Assembly (NCBI GenBank): GCA_035221665.1
Contig: CM069134.1
Coordinates: forward strand, 89,466,001-89,530,000
Reading direction: 5' to 3'
DNA from: Okamejei kenojei
Taxonomy: Eukaryota
Length of the DNA: 64,000 nucleotides
Shown here piece by piece: positions 63,859-64,000 of the stretch. The notes under the pieces are model-generated. The model was not told the DNA's origin. It worked only from the letters and a program-made list of their open reading frames with translations, and did not search any database. The position numbers and the translations under genes were made by a program. Every line of letters starts with the position of its first letter. Within the stretch, counting starts at the first letter, position 1.

Positions 63859-64000
63859 CTGCGGTAGGCCTGAAGCCTCCACGTTGCTAACTCCTTCCAC
63901 CACTCTGTTTTTAACGGCACTGGGTCCAAGTGCCCGTCTCCCCAGCCCCAGTAACCTTAGTGGCTATTCCACTGAGTCTTCCCCATCCCCCCCCCTACCA

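Noticed and set aside
38000-64000. Exons of a downstream neighbour gene (ATP9B lies 3' of SALL3 in mammals)
   Set aside because: No peptide I recognise as ATP9B or another host gene; small exons cannot be excluded without alignment.
1-64000. Prokaryotic-type systems (CRISPR arrays, operons, defence islands)
   Set aside because: The sequence is eukaryotic with spliced gene structure, and no regularly spaced direct-repeat array was seen.

Overview
Vertebrate nuclear DNA. The repeat content (CR1/HER1-type LINEs, tRNA-derived SINEs, Penelope tails, Deu-domain SINE relics) suggests a cartilaginous fish, probably a skate or ray; this is inference. The only host gene I can support is SALL3 (spalt-like 3) on the + strand: large exon 2 at 19767-23248, last coding exon at 33137-33568, and a probable long repeat-free 3' UTR. 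Exon 1 (MSRRKQ...) was not found and is probably upstream of the window. The remainder is intron or intergenic DNA dense in transposon relics: CR1 LINEs, SINEs, a full-length but dead IR/DR Tc1 element, two Tigger-like MITEs, a hAT-type MITE, Rex1/Babar fragments and many Penelope-like pieces. Most notable observations: (1) a frame-preserving 216-nt GT-AG exitron that would remove exactly the third double zinc finger of SALL3; (2) short Penelope-terminus insertions carrying a minimal hammerhead-ribozyme motif, inserted as fold-back palindromes with about 15-bp target duplications; (3) several nested insertions that give a relative order of TE activity; (4) a perfect 23-bp palindrome inside a decayed LINE; (5) candidate conserved enhancers. 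I see no evidence of a wholly new multi-gene system. Repeat boundaries were read by eye and are approximate unless a TSD or TIR is quoted.
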